IMG/VR virus record: IMGVR_UViG_3300047576_000028
Location: 1 to 64,000 of that record
Strand: one strand, 5' to 3'
Origin: a virus
Taxonomy: Duplodnaviria > Caudoviricetes
DNA: 64,000 bases
The notes under the pieces were generated by a model, which did not search any database, had not been told where the DNA came from, and saw only the letters and a program-made list of their open reading frames with translations. A program made the translations under genes and the position numbers. Of this stretch, positions 8,312-19,600 are shown piece after piece. Positions within the stretch are counted from its first letter, which is position 1, and each line of letters starts with the position of its first letter.

Positions 8312-8445
8312 GTGACACTCCCCACGGCTAAAGCCAGGGGATTCTCGCTTCAACACCGGACCGCCTCCAGATGCGGAGGTCTTACATCGGCTCCACGAGC
8401 GTTTAGCCTCTCGGCGTGCCCCGCCGCGAGACCTTCATTTCGATT
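8312..8445 (-). ncRNA. Orphan TnpB omega-RNA (reRNA) scaffold / IS605-type right end B
   Basis: Encodes a TnpB-tail-like RNEGLAAGHAERLNARGADVRP and ends GAATCCCCTGGCTTTAGCCGTGGGGAGTGTCAC. Confidence 0.75.
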
Positions 8446-8451
8446 CATAGT

Positions 8452-8844
8452 TTACTTCGATTCCTTTGGCTTCGCGGGCATACAGATCGGCTCACCTGTC
8501 GGGCTGGAAATAGCATCCGCACCGCATACCGCGCGCATCTCCGCCTGCATGGCCATCACGGCTTCTTGAGCCGTCTTCAACGCTTCCTGCGCTTGCTGGT
8601 AGCGCACTTGTCCGGCGAGGGCTTCGGCGTTCACGCGCCAGAATTTCGCTCGGAGTTCTGCGTTAATTTGCGGGGCCGCTGCCGTGACGGAAGGCTCGGG
8701 CTTAGCGGGAGTTTGGGCATGAACGCCATACGGCAATCTGCCAGCCAGAAAGGCACAGAAAAAAACAATTGCGGCAAACGTAATGAATCCGATGTAGTTC
8801 CGGATTCTCTCAAGTCTCTCAATCACTTCGCCTCCGTCAACCAC
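8452..8844 (-). CDS. Membrane-anchored coiled-coil protein
   Basis: TM helix, Ala/Gln coiled coil, two C-terminal Cys. Confidence 0.6.
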   Translation of the reverse strand: MVDGGEVIERLERIRNYIGFITFAAIVFFCAFLAGRLPYGVHAQTPAKPEPSVTAAAPQINAELRAKFWRVNAEALAGQVRYQQAQEALKTAQEAVMAMQAEMRAVCGADAISSPTGEPICMPAKPKESK

Positions 8845-8996
8845 CGAAAAATGCGCACAAAGGTCGCACCGTCCATCGGATGTCCGCGCTCGACCCTACT
8901 GTACGTCGCAGCATTCAGGCCGATTTGCTTCGCGGCTTCGCGAACACCAAGATCGGATACTCGCCGCCATTTTCTAAGCACATCCCCTAACCGCAT
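8823..8996 (-). CDS. XRE/Cro-family HTH regulator
   Basis: LRKWRR..LGVREAAKQIGLNAATYSRVERG. Confidence 0.85.
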   Translation of the reverse strand: MRLGDVLRKWRRVSDLGVREAAKQIGLNAATYSRVERGHPMDGATFVRIFRWLTEAK

Positions 8997-9004
8997 GCGA
9001 TACA

Positions 9005-9034
9005 AAACTAGCACAGACGCGACGGGCTTGTCAA
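9005..9034 (-). promoter_or_regulatory. Promoter TTGACA-N18-TAGTTT for the HTH gene (nearly leaderless)
   Basis: Consensus -35; ATG 8 nt after the -10. Confidence 0.5.
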
Positions 9035-9250
9035 GGGGTAATGTTCCGGCTTTGGAAGCGACCTTTTATTCTTTCTACTTCCGGGTCTTTTTCTATTTCT
9101 ATTTCTATTTCACTGTGAGCACGCGCAGGCGCGCCCGCGCGCACACGCGAGGATTCAGGCTCAGCAAATTCTAAATTATGCTCCTCATTTGCTGGAGCTT
9201 TGCTGCCATTTTGCTCAGCAAACTTGGCCCAAATTGTTAACGCATTGCCC
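9035..9250 (-). pseudogene. Fragment resembling the iteron region of a phage replication initiator
   Basis: Start-less frame FAEQNGSKAPANEE..FAEPESSRVRAGAPARAHSEIEIEIEK; TTTGCTGAGC repeats; GAAATA x3. Confidence 0.45.
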
Positions 9251-9252
9251 GC

Positions 9253-10764
9253 CTACGGGATCGTTGCCTTCCCAGTAACCGCCGTGACTCCCTGAATGTT
9301 CGTCCTCGCCCCTCGGCTGAGCAATGCATAGAGCCGCGAAGATCCGTTGATCGCCAATCCTGCCAAGGCGGCTGCTTGACTGCCGATTGCCGCGTTGTCG
9401 GCGGCTTGATTGCTTGAATAGAAAAATAACGGCGCGGTAAAGAACGGAGAAAACTCGCGAATGCTATTGGCCCCGGCCCATGGGATCATCGTTGACAACC
9501 ACGCGTTAAATAACCCGGTCTGCGTCGGGCTCCAGAGAATATCGTACTGCCCGAGAATATCCTTGCTTTGATATGAGAGCCCGCTAGCCGGACACCAGAA
9601 AGGCGCGTCGGTCTGGCCTATGTCGAGAGGCTTGCCGGTAGTATGGGCGCGCGTGACGAAGCCGTGCGGGCCTGCGTCAGTCCCGCCGAAAGGACCGGTA
9701 ACCGCAGCCATTTCCGCCGCGTAATAGTATTGGCCGGGAAAGGTTGTGTTAGTCAATCCGGGAGTGCAGTTGCCCTGAAAAAGATCAATGACGTAGAAGT
9801 CCAATGCGGCGTAAGTCGCGCTCGCCGGGTTAGTCCAATCGAACCAATAGGCATCGTCGAACTGTTGCGGCCAGCTTAGGCCAGTGCCAGACGCCCCGAT
9901 TGTCAGGCCGTTGTTATTGACGGCCTTGAGGAGCGCGGTCTCGTAGACTAGGAAACCGGAAATATCGGATACGCTGAATACCTGAACGCCAGACATGCCG
10001 GCGGTCGGCTCCTCCAACTCCGTAAACCGGCTGATGGCAGGCCACCGCTTGATTGCCGCCGCGTGCAAGGGGCTGATGCACGCTTGGAACTGAGCGATGG
10101 TGATTACGGGGCTGGCAATTGTGCCCGCTACCCACGGGCTGCTCCCCAAGCCGCACGCTTGCAGTTCATCGGATAACTGTGGGTCGCCCGCGTGAATCGT
10201 CAAACCATGCGCCGTCATGTAGGCGAAAGTCAGGTCGTAATAATGGAGCGCCCAGCAGTGCGGGTTGGCCGTGGAGTTTCCAAGCGGCGTCTCATTGACC
10301 ATCAGGTACGGTGAGTGCGTCTGCCCGCTCGGACAATCCCCTGGAATGTCGTAGGCTCCCGCGCCTGGGGCAAGCGAGTACTCGTAGCTGGATGCTTCCG
10401 CCAACTGCCACAGGTTATAGTTTTGGGTTGTAGCACCCGCTTGGGCCATCAACGTGGCGTATTGCACGCAGTATGGGCCGTTCAGCGCGACGGAGGTACT
10501 CATCTCCGCGCCTTCGCACGGCCAATTCTGCCCGGCCAGCGTTACGGCGTGCTGCCGCGTGCCCGCTATGGACGACGAGATCGACTGGAGGCTCTTGCCG
10601 TTGTTCAGCAGCATCGCGCTGAGCGTAGGGTTGTAGGTATTGGCTCCGACGCCAAGCACCTGGATCGCCGCGCAGCCGGATTGGTTGTACAAAGTACACG
10701 GGGAGACCGCCATCACCGCAAGCGCCGCGATGAGCAGAAGCGCAACCGCCAGTAGTCGTTTCAT
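9253..10764 (-). CDS. Secreted protein, possibly glycoside-hydrolase-like
   Basis: Sec signal peptide; ELEEP and DFYVIDLF segments suggest a TIM barrel. Confidence 0.55.
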   Translation of the reverse strand: MKRLLAVALLLIAALAVMAVSPCTLYNQSGCAAIQVLGVGANTYNPTLSAMLLNNGKSLQSISSSIAGTRQHAVTLAGQNWPCEGAEMSTSVALNGPYCVQYATLMAQAGATTQNYNLWQLAEASSYEYSLAPGAGAYDIPGDCPSGQTHSPYLMVNETPLGNSTANPHCWALHYYDLTFAYMTAHGLTIHAGDPQLSDELQACGLGSSPWVAGTIASPVITIAQFQACISPLHAAAIKRWPAISRFTELEEPTAGMSGVQVFSVSDISGFLVYETALLKAVNNNGLTIGASGTGLSWPQQFDDAYWFDWTNPASATYAALDFYVIDLFQGNCTPGLTNTTFPGQYYYAAEMAAVTGPFGGTDAGPHGFVTRAHTTGKPLDIGQTDAPFWCPASGLSYQSKDILGQYDILWSPTQTGLFNAWLSTMIPWAGANSIREFSPFFTAPLFFYSSNQAADNAAIGSQAAALAGLAINGSSRLYALLSRGARTNIQGVTAVTGKATIP

Positions 10765-10811
10765 AATTTTCTAGTTACAAAGCCGCCGGTTTCAGCCGTG
10801 CGGTTGCTTAC
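10765..10811 (+). mobile_element. IS200/IS605 mini-element C at an ATGA junction
   Basis: TCAT|...AAAGCCGCCGGTTTCAGCCGTGCGGTTGCTTAC; removal restores CCA-TGA/ATG overlap. Confidence 0.7.
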
Positions 10812-13800
10812 GGTATAGCTGTCAATTGCCACGGCCCGAGCGCGATAGTGACGCTCGAAGAGTTCTCGTAACGGATGCGATAGTACATAGCCCGCGCCGG
10901 AATAGCGGGTACCGTGATTGTGCAGCCTGAAGTGCAGGCCAGCCCGGTCGCGGACTCACTGACGAATACGAACGGTGTGTTGCCGGTCGGAATGGCCGCG
11001 GTTACGGACTGGCATCCGTCGTTCCGCGTGGTGCAATTGTATGTGCCGCCCTGAGCGTACTCCATGTAACCGAAATCGACGGCTGCCCTGGTCGCTATCG
11101 AGGTAGGTCCTGGTGAAACCTTTATCGCTATTGGCTCGTAAGCGGCTCGGTTGACCGAATCGAACGCCGGATATGGCGGCAGCGTTAGTTCCCACATGTC
11201 GGCGCGCTGATACTCTGGAAACTCGCGACGGTATAGCAGTGCTTCATTCCCCGGAGTGGATTGATTGTTCTCGAATCCGTACACCATGTGGAACCACTGT
11301 TCGGATAGCGACAGGCTCCTGCTGTACGCGCCCTGGTGGTCGGTGGCGCCCAATCCGAACTGCATTATCGAATCGCCATTGAGTGCGACATTGCCCATAC
11401 ATATGTCGTTGCCTACGCCAAGCGGATTAGATCCGTGAATGCCAGAGCCACCGCACGAAGGGGCTGTAACTCCGGGACAGTTTACAAAAACCTCGCCAAC
11501 CGTCGAACCGCTCTGGCACTCATTTACATTCCGCGCGAAGCAATACTCGTAAGAGGCGCCGGCGGTCCCGTTGATGCTGGAGCTAGGCCCACTCACGTCC
11601 ACCAAAGGGTGGGAGCCGCAACTGACGGCGGTAGCCATAAGTTTGCGATTGATAGGGACGTAAGAACCGGTACCCTGGATATCATCCGGGTCTGTAACGT
11701 TCGCTGGAGTCATGCTGTATAACTGCCCTGACACCAACGTAAATGCCTGTTCGTTTTGGCCACCCTGAATCGGCAGGTTGTCGAATCCCTGGGTAATTTC
11801 ATGCGGCGATGAGTTGGCCCCAGGTGGGTTTGGGTGGCTTCCGCCGTCGAATCCCCACGGGTGGCCATAGGTCGCACTGAAGGGCGGGTTGACCGCCGCA
11901 AAGTTCACGCCAGCGGCTTGATAGGGTGTTATATTGGCAAACGGGAAAGATAAAATTCCAGGTATATACCCAAGGACCGTCTGGTAACACGATGGCCATC
12001 CCCAGATAGCCTCCTGCCACGCCGGACAGTTCGTGTTGACTGCTTCAGAGCCATTGCTCCAATAGCCATGCGACTGCGTATTGTTAGTATCCTGCAAGAA
12101 GCAGTTCCCAAGTGGGTCTGGGGCACCACCGCAGCCGGTGAGCGGATTCCAGAAGACCGTGATGCCGGTATTTGCCGTTTCTGCGCCAATCGGCAGGCTG
12201 GATTGATAGCTCTGCCAGTCGAGGGTGGCCGTACCGGCCGCGATGGCCGTTTCAGTGCCGTAAGTGGCTCGCTGGAACACAAAGTTTCCAGGTGTCGTGA
12301 AAATTCCAGGTGAAGTGTAATTTTTAATGCGAAGCGTTAGCAGTTCATTGCCGCCCGTAAAGCTACATGAACCGGAACCGCCAACAATACACGCCGTATC
12401 GCCAATCTGCGTGGTGCGAAGTTCTCCCGGCGTACCTTTCAGGATGCTGCCAGCGGTATAATATGGCTCGTATCCAGTCACGCTAGCATACGTGTAGCTG
12501 TTCATCTGAATGGCGATACAGTCCGCGACAGAAGATAGCGTGGCATCGAAGGTGTTGCACTTCGCCGGCCCGGTCGAAGGGATACCAGATCCAGTAAGCG
12601 TTGTGGTGGTAATAGGCGAATATGGATTACAGTCGATCTGAAACCAACCGGTCTCTCCGGTCTGCGAAAGCGCGTGAAGAGAAAAGCCGACAAGCGCCCC
12701 TTGCCCAGTAGCCACCGCCCCCTGTGGAGTGTTGTACGTCGTAATTTCGCCGACGATGCGCGGTCCACTAGAAAGTCCAGCATGGGCCGGGTTGTAGTCG
12801 CCTGGATCGAAAGCTACGATAATCCCTGGTGAGTCCCCACCGTATACGAAACAACCAAAGGCGTAGATGCCTAACGAGACGCCGCCGTTGAAGCAATTAG
12901 CGCCACCGCCGCCGATTGGGTTCGCATTGTAGTAACTAGCCTGAAACGTACCGTCAAGGGCTGCCACCTGATCGAATACGCTTTCGGCCATGGTAGTTTG
13001 TGGGGTCAGATTCGTGAATGCCAGCCCATTGTTGTACGTGACGGAATATGTTGTGGGGCTATTTTGTGTAGCATTCTGTATCTGAGAGTTCCCACCTTGC
13101 GCGATCGTTGGTTGGGAGATGACGCCGGCCGTGAACGGAGCCGTCGCATTGGACGGATTAAATACGCCCTGAATCACCAGCGGGCTTCCGCTTGATGAGT
13201 CGTTTGCTAGATTATCGAAAGTGAACTGTGCTTGCGTTTGGTCGATGTCCGCGGAATTGCCTGTCGGGTACGAAAAGCCAGTCCATGGATTCGGCCCGCT
13301 GCTTGATGTGCCGGTGTATGCAAAATAGGCGCTCAGTGCTGGATTACCTGGGTCAACCCACATGACCCCACCATATCCGCACCAATATCCCATGCCGGCA
13401 GATGCGCCGGATAGACCGTTGCTCGTCAACGTATTCATACACGCCCCGCCGGTTCCGTTGTCGGGGTAATACGGGAAGCCGGATTCAAGCACGGACATCT
13501 CAGCGTGTTGCAGGTAGATTGTACTGCTGTCCGTTGGCGGCCCGGATCGCCAAAGCATCACGCCGAAATTATTCTCGCACCAATTTACCGTGCCAGTAGG
13601 AGGAGTGCCAGATAGTGTGACGGCATTTCCGTTAGTGAACGACGCTATCTGATATTCCGTCGAGGTCGTGCTCGCGGGCGGATCGATGCATGCCGTACCC
13701 GAACTCGAGATTCGCATGCTACCATTGCCGCCATTTATCCAATAGAGGCTGAAACAGTCGCTCCCTGCCTGGCAACTTGGGTTGGACTGATTCGTTAGAG

Positions 13801-16594
13801 TGTAGACGCCGCCAGACAGCGTGATCGTGCCACTCCCGTAATGGGGGGCGGATTCAAAAGTATTGAACCGCGGGTTGGAATCCAGCAACCACGGAAGCAC
13901 GCCCAGATTCGCGGTATTATATGAGCCGAATGTGTACGTCGTCGGAGTGGTTGTTAACGTAGCTTGCTGGGTTGCCGTTGCACACGATTGGCCTCCATTC
14001 AGTGACAGGCACGCATTGAGCGTCGGGAAACCGGTAGCAGAAACATATGCCGTAATGGCAAATGACAACTGATCGATCGACCATGCCGTATTGCCGTAAC
14101 CGCTACCGCCATACCCGGCGTTCCACGGACCAGCCGCATTGGTGAGTGGGGGTCTCACCACAAGTACGCTAGATGTGTCGCCAGCCGTCGCGTAGCCACT
14201 AGTACCTACGACATTGCATGGAGTAGTCCACGCGCCGCCAGTATCGCATGGCGTACCAATGTGCGCTTGGTTGAACGCCGAGTCCATCGCGAAGTTAGCC
14301 CACGCGCCCCATTTATTACCACGCGTGCCAACGGCATAATTGACAGTTCCCTGTTGCGGATCGTTGTAAGTCTCTGCGGTTCCGTTGCCAAGCGCTTCGG
14401 GCAAAGGCTGCGTGCCAGGGTTGTTAGGATCAACCAAGTACGGCTCGCCATATGTCTCGCCGAGCGAGATATTGGACGTGGTTCCGACCGTATAAGCAAC
14501 ACTCGATCCGCACGTGACGCTGACGTAGTAGGTGCGTAACGGCTGTAGAGATCGGCTGTAATGACGGTAAGTGTCGGAACCGGCGGCGTTCGCTAGTTGG
14601 GCAGTGCGCGCGCCGAGCACGAAGGTGCGTTGCGTGCCGGATGACAGACTGCCGGGCCGATTGTCGGACGAAGAGCCGGTGAATAGCGCAGCGCTTATGT
14701 CATTGACGTAAGGTGCGGTTGGGACGCCGTTGGTTGCGTTGAGGCTCGCCAATACCGTGCACACGCCACCCGTGGTCGTGTTGTAGTTGATAATCAACTG
14801 CTGTGGGAGCGGCGTCACCGTGACGTTGGTTATGGCCGGGACTTCATAAGCCCCGATGGCCGGGACGGTAGGGCGCAACAGCCCATCGTGGTCGCGGAGC
14901 GTATTGTTGGCTCCGTAGACGCTTGGGGAGCCGAGCGCTATACCGGCATTCTGGGCGCCGCTCGCGGGGCCGATATGGAAGTCGGCAGTAGCGGGCGAGA
15001 CAAACGCCGGGACGGCATTGACCGTGCCGGTGATCTCGGTCAGGTTGAGCACAGGAGCGCCCGTGCCGTACATCAGGTTGTTGGTCCCATAGACCCACGA
15101 ACAAATTTGCAAGTCGGTGCAAGGCTCGTCGGTGGTCGGGTCCCAGACGACCAAGTACGGAACGCCCAATGGGAACAGCGTCGTCGGGACGGCGTCGATA
15201 ATATTGTTGCGGAGGTGCGCGGCGATGACCGGAGCGCCAACCGGCTCGTCTCCGTTGTAGGCGAACCCATTGTTATCGCTGCCGTAGGGAGGCGTTGTGA
15301 ACGTGCCGCACGAATGCATCGTGTTGCCGAAGATCTCGATGGTCCCGCTCCCATTCGGCCCGTTTTCCGTCGATGCCGGGATATTGATGCAGTTCCACCC
15401 GCCGGTGTCTTCCGGGTTGGCGGGCCCCTTGCCGGCGTTATAAACGACGTTGTTGTAGACGGTGACAGGCCCCTGGGATGGATCGACCGTGTCTACGATA
15501 ATACCGTCGCACTGTGTGTCGTGGATCGTGTTGTCATGGATTGAAATGTCGTATTGATCGTGGCCCGTGGGATCGGAAGAGCCGCCCGAGCCGAGCGGGG
15601 AGGAATGCACTTGCACGCCGCGGCAGCCATGCACATTCTCGACCAGGTTCCAGCCCATGTCGATATCGTTGCTGTCGGTGGAGAAGTAGACTCCCTGGAA
15701 CAGCGCCGAGGCACCCGCGGTCCCGGCGTTGTAGACGTGATTGCCGTAGAAAAAGATGTTACTGGCTTGGGAAGTCTCAAAGCACGATCCGCCCCCGGCC
15801 GACCCACTAGTATAGGGGCATGTGATATCGCTGCCGATGAAGCGATATCCGCCAACACTTGGGCTGTCACCAACTTCCACTGGAGAAATACCCCGGAAAC
15901 TGATGCCCGCCAGCACCCAGTTACCCTGACAGTCACTCGCTCTCAGCCCCCAAGATGGATCGCTTGCTCCCGTTGGACTGCCGATGGTTACCGTGGCCCC
16001 CGGATAGGCCACCAACGCCCGCGGATTACCGGTGGCTGAACACCAGTTTCCCTGGCCGCCGCCCGATAGCAAAAACGCGGCGTCCCAGCCTGTGCCATCG
16101 TCGGTGGATTGCGTCACGCCGTTCAGTGCATACGTGATATCGCCGTTCGCCATAGAGTTGCGGGCCTTGAGGAGGGTCGCCCATGGAGCCGCATAGGACC
16201 CCGCCGCGCCATCGCTGCCGGTAGTCGCGACGAAATAGATATTGCCGGACGCAACCGCGAATGGCAAGGTATTGGAGGCTAAGCCGTTGACTGTGACGAC
16301 GATATTGCCGGTCGCGGCGCTTGCTCCAAGCTGGCACGTAATCTGCTGATACCAGAGGTGGGATACGCCCCAGATGACGCAGTTGGTCATTGCGCCGCCT
16401 CCGACCGTGATGGTGGAGGAGCCTTGGGAAGCGCCAAAGAAATTGCCGTAGACCGAGACGTAGGCCCCGTTTCCGCCCTGGCCTCCGGTGTTCGGGCCGC
16501 TGATGAGGTCGCTAAAGAATAGGACTGGGCTTTGAGCGCAGAGCGTTGTAGAAATACAGGCTAATAAAAGCGCGAAGAGAATGATATTTTTCAT
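10808..16594 (-). CDS. 1928-aa secreted protein: IPT/TIG domain, right-handed beta-helix (depolymerase-like) and a large beta-rich region
   Basis: Signal peptide; YVSVYGNFFG..GNIVVTVNGLASN; repeated N-x-I/V-x-N rungs. Confidence 0.7.
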   Translation of the reverse strand: MKNIILFALLLACISTTLCAQSPVLFFSDLISGPNTGGQGGNGAYVSVYGNFFGASQGSSTITVGGGAMTNCVIWGVSHLWYQQITCQLGASAATGNIVVTVNGLASNTLPFAVASGNIYFVATTGSDGAAGSYAAPWATLLKARNSMANGDITYALNGVTQSTDDGTGWDAAFLLSGGGQGNWCSATGNPRALVAYPGATVTIGSPTGASDPSWGLRASDCQGNWVLAGISFRGISPVEVGDSPSVGGYRFIGSDITCPYTSGSAGGGSCFETSQASNIFFYGNHVYNAGTAGASALFQGVYFSTDSNDIDMGWNLVENVHGCRGVQVHSSPLGSGGSSDPTGHDQYDISIHDNTIHDTQCDGIIVDTVDPSQGPVTVYNNVVYNAGKGPANPEDTGGWNCINIPASTENGPNGSGTIEIFGNTMHSCGTFTTPPYGSDNNGFAYNGDEPVGAPVIAAHLRNNIIDAVPTTLFPLGVPYLVVWDPTTDEPCTDLQICSWVYGTNNLMYGTGAPVLNLTEITGTVNAVPAFVSPATADFHIGPASGAQNAGIALGSPSVYGANNTLRDHDGLLRPTVPAIGAYEVPAITNVTVTPLPQQLIINYNTTTGGVCTVLASLNATNGVPTAPYVNDISAALFTGSSSDNRPGSLSSGTQRTFVLGARTAQLANAAGSDTYRHYSRSLQPLRTYYVSVTCGSSVAYTVGTTSNISLGETYGEPYLVDPNNPGTQPLPEALGNGTAETYNDPQQGTVNYAVGTRGNKWGAWANFAMDSAFNQAHIGTPCDTGGAWTTPCNVVGTSGYATAGDTSSVLVVRPPLTNAAGPWNAGYGGSGYGNTAWSIDQLSFAITAYVSATGFPTLNACLSLNGGQSCATATQQATLTTTPTTYTFGSYNTANLGVLPWLLDSNPRFNTFESAPHYGSGTITLSGGVYTLTNQSNPSCQAGSDCFSLYWINGGNGSMRISSSGTACIDPPASTTSTEYQIASFTNGNAVTLSGTPPTGTVNWCENNFGVMLWRSGPPTDSSTIYLQHAEMSVLESGFPYYPDNGTGGACMNTLTSNGLSGASAGMGYWCGYGGVMWVDPGNPALSAYFAYTGTSSSGPNPWTGFSYPTGNSADIDQTQAQFTFDNLANDSSSGSPLVIQGVFNPSNATAPFTAGVISQPTIAQGGNSQIQNATQNSPTTYSVTYNNGLAFTNLTPQTTMAESVFDQVAALDGTFQASYYNANPIGGGGANCFNGGVSLGIYAFGCFVYGGDSPGIIVAFDPGDYNPAHAGLSSGPRIVGEITTYNTPQGAVATGQGALVGFSLHALSQTGETGWFQIDCNPYSPITTTTLTGSGIPSTGPAKCNTFDATLSSVADCIAIQMNSYTYASVTGYEPYYTAGSILKGTPGELRTTQIGDTACIVGGSGSCSFTGGNELLTLRIKNYTSPGIFTTPGNFVFQRATYGTETAIAAGTATLDWQSYQSSLPIGAETANTGITVFWNPLTGCGGAPDPLGNCFLQDTNNTQSHGYWSNGSEAVNTNCPAWQEAIWGWPSCYQTVLGYIPGILSFPFANITPYQAAGVNFAAVNPPFSATYGHPWGFDGGSHPNPPGANSSPHEITQGFDNLPIQGGQNEQAFTLVSGQLYSMTPANVTDPDDIQGTGSYVPINRKLMATAVSCGSHPLVDVSGPSSSINGTAGASYEYCFARNVNECQSGSTVGEVFVNCPGVTAPSCGGSGIHGSNPLGVGNDICMGNVALNGDSIMQFGLGATDHQGAYSRSLSLSEQWFHMVYGFENNQSTPGNEALLYRREFPEYQRADMWELTLPPYPAFDSVNRAAYEPIAIKVSPGPTSIATRAAVDFGYMEYAQGGTYNCTTRNDGCQSVTAAIPTGNTPFVFVSESATGLACTSGCTITVPAIPARAMYYRIRYENSSSVTIALGPWQLTAIP

Positions 16595-16675
16595 AAGGGC
16601 CTTTCGCGCGGGAAACCCGCTGCCTTCAGCATGACTCAGCTAAAAGCCGCCGCCTTTAGGCGCGCGGTAGTTTAC
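16595..16675 (+). mobile_element. IS200/IS605 mini-element D at an ATGA junction
   Basis: TCAT|...GAAACCCGCTGCCTTCAGC...AAGCCGCCGCCTTTAGGCGCGCGGTAGTTTAC; removal restores CAA-TGA/ATG overlap. Confidence 0.75.
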
Positions 16676-19600
16676 TGACAAGTCCAATTCGTGCCGTTCG
16701 ATACCGCCATATGCCCACTACCTCCGCCCGTGCAGGTCGCTGCTGTCGTGCAATTATTGCAGTACACGAAGATGCCGGCCGCTGGGACAGATCCGAGCGC
16801 TGCGAACGCGACGGAAGCCGGGTACGGAACACCGATAGTACTGAGGCTGCCGGTTTCGGTTATGGTGACCGGCTGTCCAGAACCGCTAGCCGCCAGCACC
16901 TTAATACCCTGGTACGCCTGAAAGTCTAAACCGCCAGTGGCATCCCAAACCCCTGCCGTAGTTAGCGATGTCCACTTATAGATCGGGATTGTGTTGACCG
17001 GGAATCCGGTAAGCCCGGTGACAATGGACGTAGAACCACCGGTGCAAGAAGTGATCGTAAGCGTATCCGTGCCGCACACGAACGTTCCGTTGGGCAGAAT
17101 GTAGTTATAGAGCGTTCCGGTAGCAGAGCCGCTACTCAAGACAGCTACCACGTCGGTAGTGTATTCGTACACTTGGTTGCCAACCATCTTGTTGACGTAA
17201 GAGGTGGACGACATGCCAGTTCCGAATGTTAATGTCGTCGCATTGGTCTTGACACCGGCGAAGTCCGATGCGGAGGACAAGAACGAGATTCCGCCGCCCC
17301 CGCCGCAAGCGACCCAACTTGGTACGCCAGACGACGCTTCTTGCAGGCAATTCGTGCCAGAGTTATTGCCCGCTAATGTCTGCCAAACACTTCCGTTGAA
17401 GTAGCCGATATCACCCGCCCTAGTCACCGCAATCGGCGCGATCGAAGTAGCGCCGGAGAATATCGCCAGACCGCCAGATCCGGGGCTGCCGGTAGTCGTG
17501 ACAGTTCCGGAGCCGCCAATGGTGGCGGGTGCCCAATGCGACGCACCGGCAGACCACTGGAGGACCTGTCCGTTAGTCGGAGTATTAGTGGAAATATTGT
17601 TTCCTTGGATTGCCGTCACCGTGGAGGTCTCGACAAACCCGCTGACATCGCCGCCCATCATCTGATTCCAAACGGAGTTGAATCCGGTTGGCGGCGCGGT
17701 GATTTGATTGGAGTATCCGCCGAGGGTCACGATATTGATTGTCAGACCAGTGCCGGTGCCGGTTATTGCCGTAGTCGCCACCCCAGAAGCCACCGCATAG
17801 TTGGTGCCCCAATTAGTCAAAACGTATGTCACGACCGCGCCGGGGCTTGCGCTGGTTGTGAGCACCGTCCCGAGCGCCGAGTTGGCGGGGTTTCCGCCGT
17901 TCACAGAAAAGGTATCGCCTGGATTGTACGTTGAAGTTCCGCCAGAGCCTAACGTTGATGTTGCTATTCTGGCGACTGACTGCAAAGCCAAGGTGCCGTA
18001 CACGCTCGGATTCCCGAGGTACGCTCCCCACCGGTCGGTTGAAGTTCCGAGAGACCCGGAATTAGCCACCAAGTAATCATGTTGCGGAACCAGCGCATAA
18101 CCGATGACGTTGACGGACGGAAACGGCACCTGCGCTGTAGAGCCGGGCGAACCAGCGGAATAGCCCAGGAACTGCACCGCGCAAGGAGCGGCGTTTCCGG
18201 TTCCCGCTCCGCACCCGATCTGGACAGCGCCGCCGCCCACGTTAGCCCCGACAGCGGAAACTCCCTGAATTAGAATTGTAGAAGGCGCGAGGCTGAAAGC
18301 CCCGGTCATTCCAGAATACGGACCGATGCCCCATTGGTTGCCTAATCCGTCCTGCATCTGGATAGTGCCGACAGAAAGCAACGTTGTCAAGACTGGAGTG
18401 CCAGAGCATCCGCTCCCGGATACTGTCGCGGTCGTGGGATTGGTTGTGTAGTTGACGCCGCCACTTGATAGGGTCAGGAGCGAACCGGCAGATAAGGTAC
18501 CGCTGGAAGTGAATACGGCTCCGGTGCCGCCTCCGCCCGTGATGGTAAACGTGCAAGCCGCCCCGAAGGTGACGCCGCTTTGATAGTAGGCAGCGGCCAT
18601 CGCTGCCCCGTTGGTCCCGACCGTTAAGCCGCCGCCGATTGCAGCGGTGCTCGAATCTGCGAAGGCAGTAACGCTGGCCGGGAGAGCGCCGCTATCCATG
18701 CACGCTGGGGATACGAACGCCGTACAGTCTATCGCTATACTCGGAATCCCCGTGCCGCCTGTATTATAGACCATTCCGGTTCCGAGCGCGGACATAAGCA
18801 CGCCGTTCAGCCCAGCGGAGGTTCCGGTTGTGGGCTGATTTAGCGTGGGGAAATTAGTTAACAATGCGGCGCTGACTGCGGGAAGTTGCGCGCTGCCGTT
18901 AAGTTGCACTAGATTGTTGGCCGCCGCGCCCACCGTATATGAGGTGCCATATGAAGATCCCGTGGAGTTACAGACTCCCGCCCCGCAATAAGCGGACGGT
19001 ACCGAGTTTGCCAGAGAAACGAGGGCAACGCCGCCGCTATATGTTACGACTACACCCGTGCCTGCCGCCACATTTCCAGCGCCAATCTGCGTGGCTGATG
19101 CGGTCGCAATGGACAGGTTGACGCTACCGCCTAGCGCTACGCTACCGCCTAGACTCAAAGGAGATTGCGGCGCAATAGTAAAGGAACTGTTCGCCAGCAT
19201 TGCATTAGTGACAAGCGCGGAAGTCCCTGTCGTTACTACAGTCCCGTTAACTGCCGGGAAGGTAGAGGTTCCCGTACCTGCACTCGCCAGCGTGGTGCTC
19301 CCAAGTTGCAAGCCCGCAAATGTCGGGCTGCTCGCGGTACCGATGCTTTGCACTGTGCCAATCGTGCAAGTGCCCGTCAGCGCGACCGGCGCGCAACCGG
19401 AAACCGTTGTTTGATTGGCTGTAGCGGCAACCGTCAGGCTCCCAGCCTCATAGGTTACCGCGCCCGCACCGGAAATACTCGTGACGACCGGGATCATTCC
19501 GATAGAGCCAGGAACTGCTGGGTAGGCTATGCCATTAACATTCGAGGCATTGTTCGTTCCCGTGCCGCTAAACGTTAGCGATCCACCGGTCCCTATTGTG

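Noticed and set aside
9035-9255. Genome-wide stop-codon recoding suggested by open frames after TAG 9253 and TGA 7525
   Set aside because: Conserved genes end normally at TAG, TGA and TAA and are not fragmented
19131-19152. 18-bp-period duplication in the 1694-aa gene
   Set aside because: Ordinary in-frame slippage in low-complexity sequence
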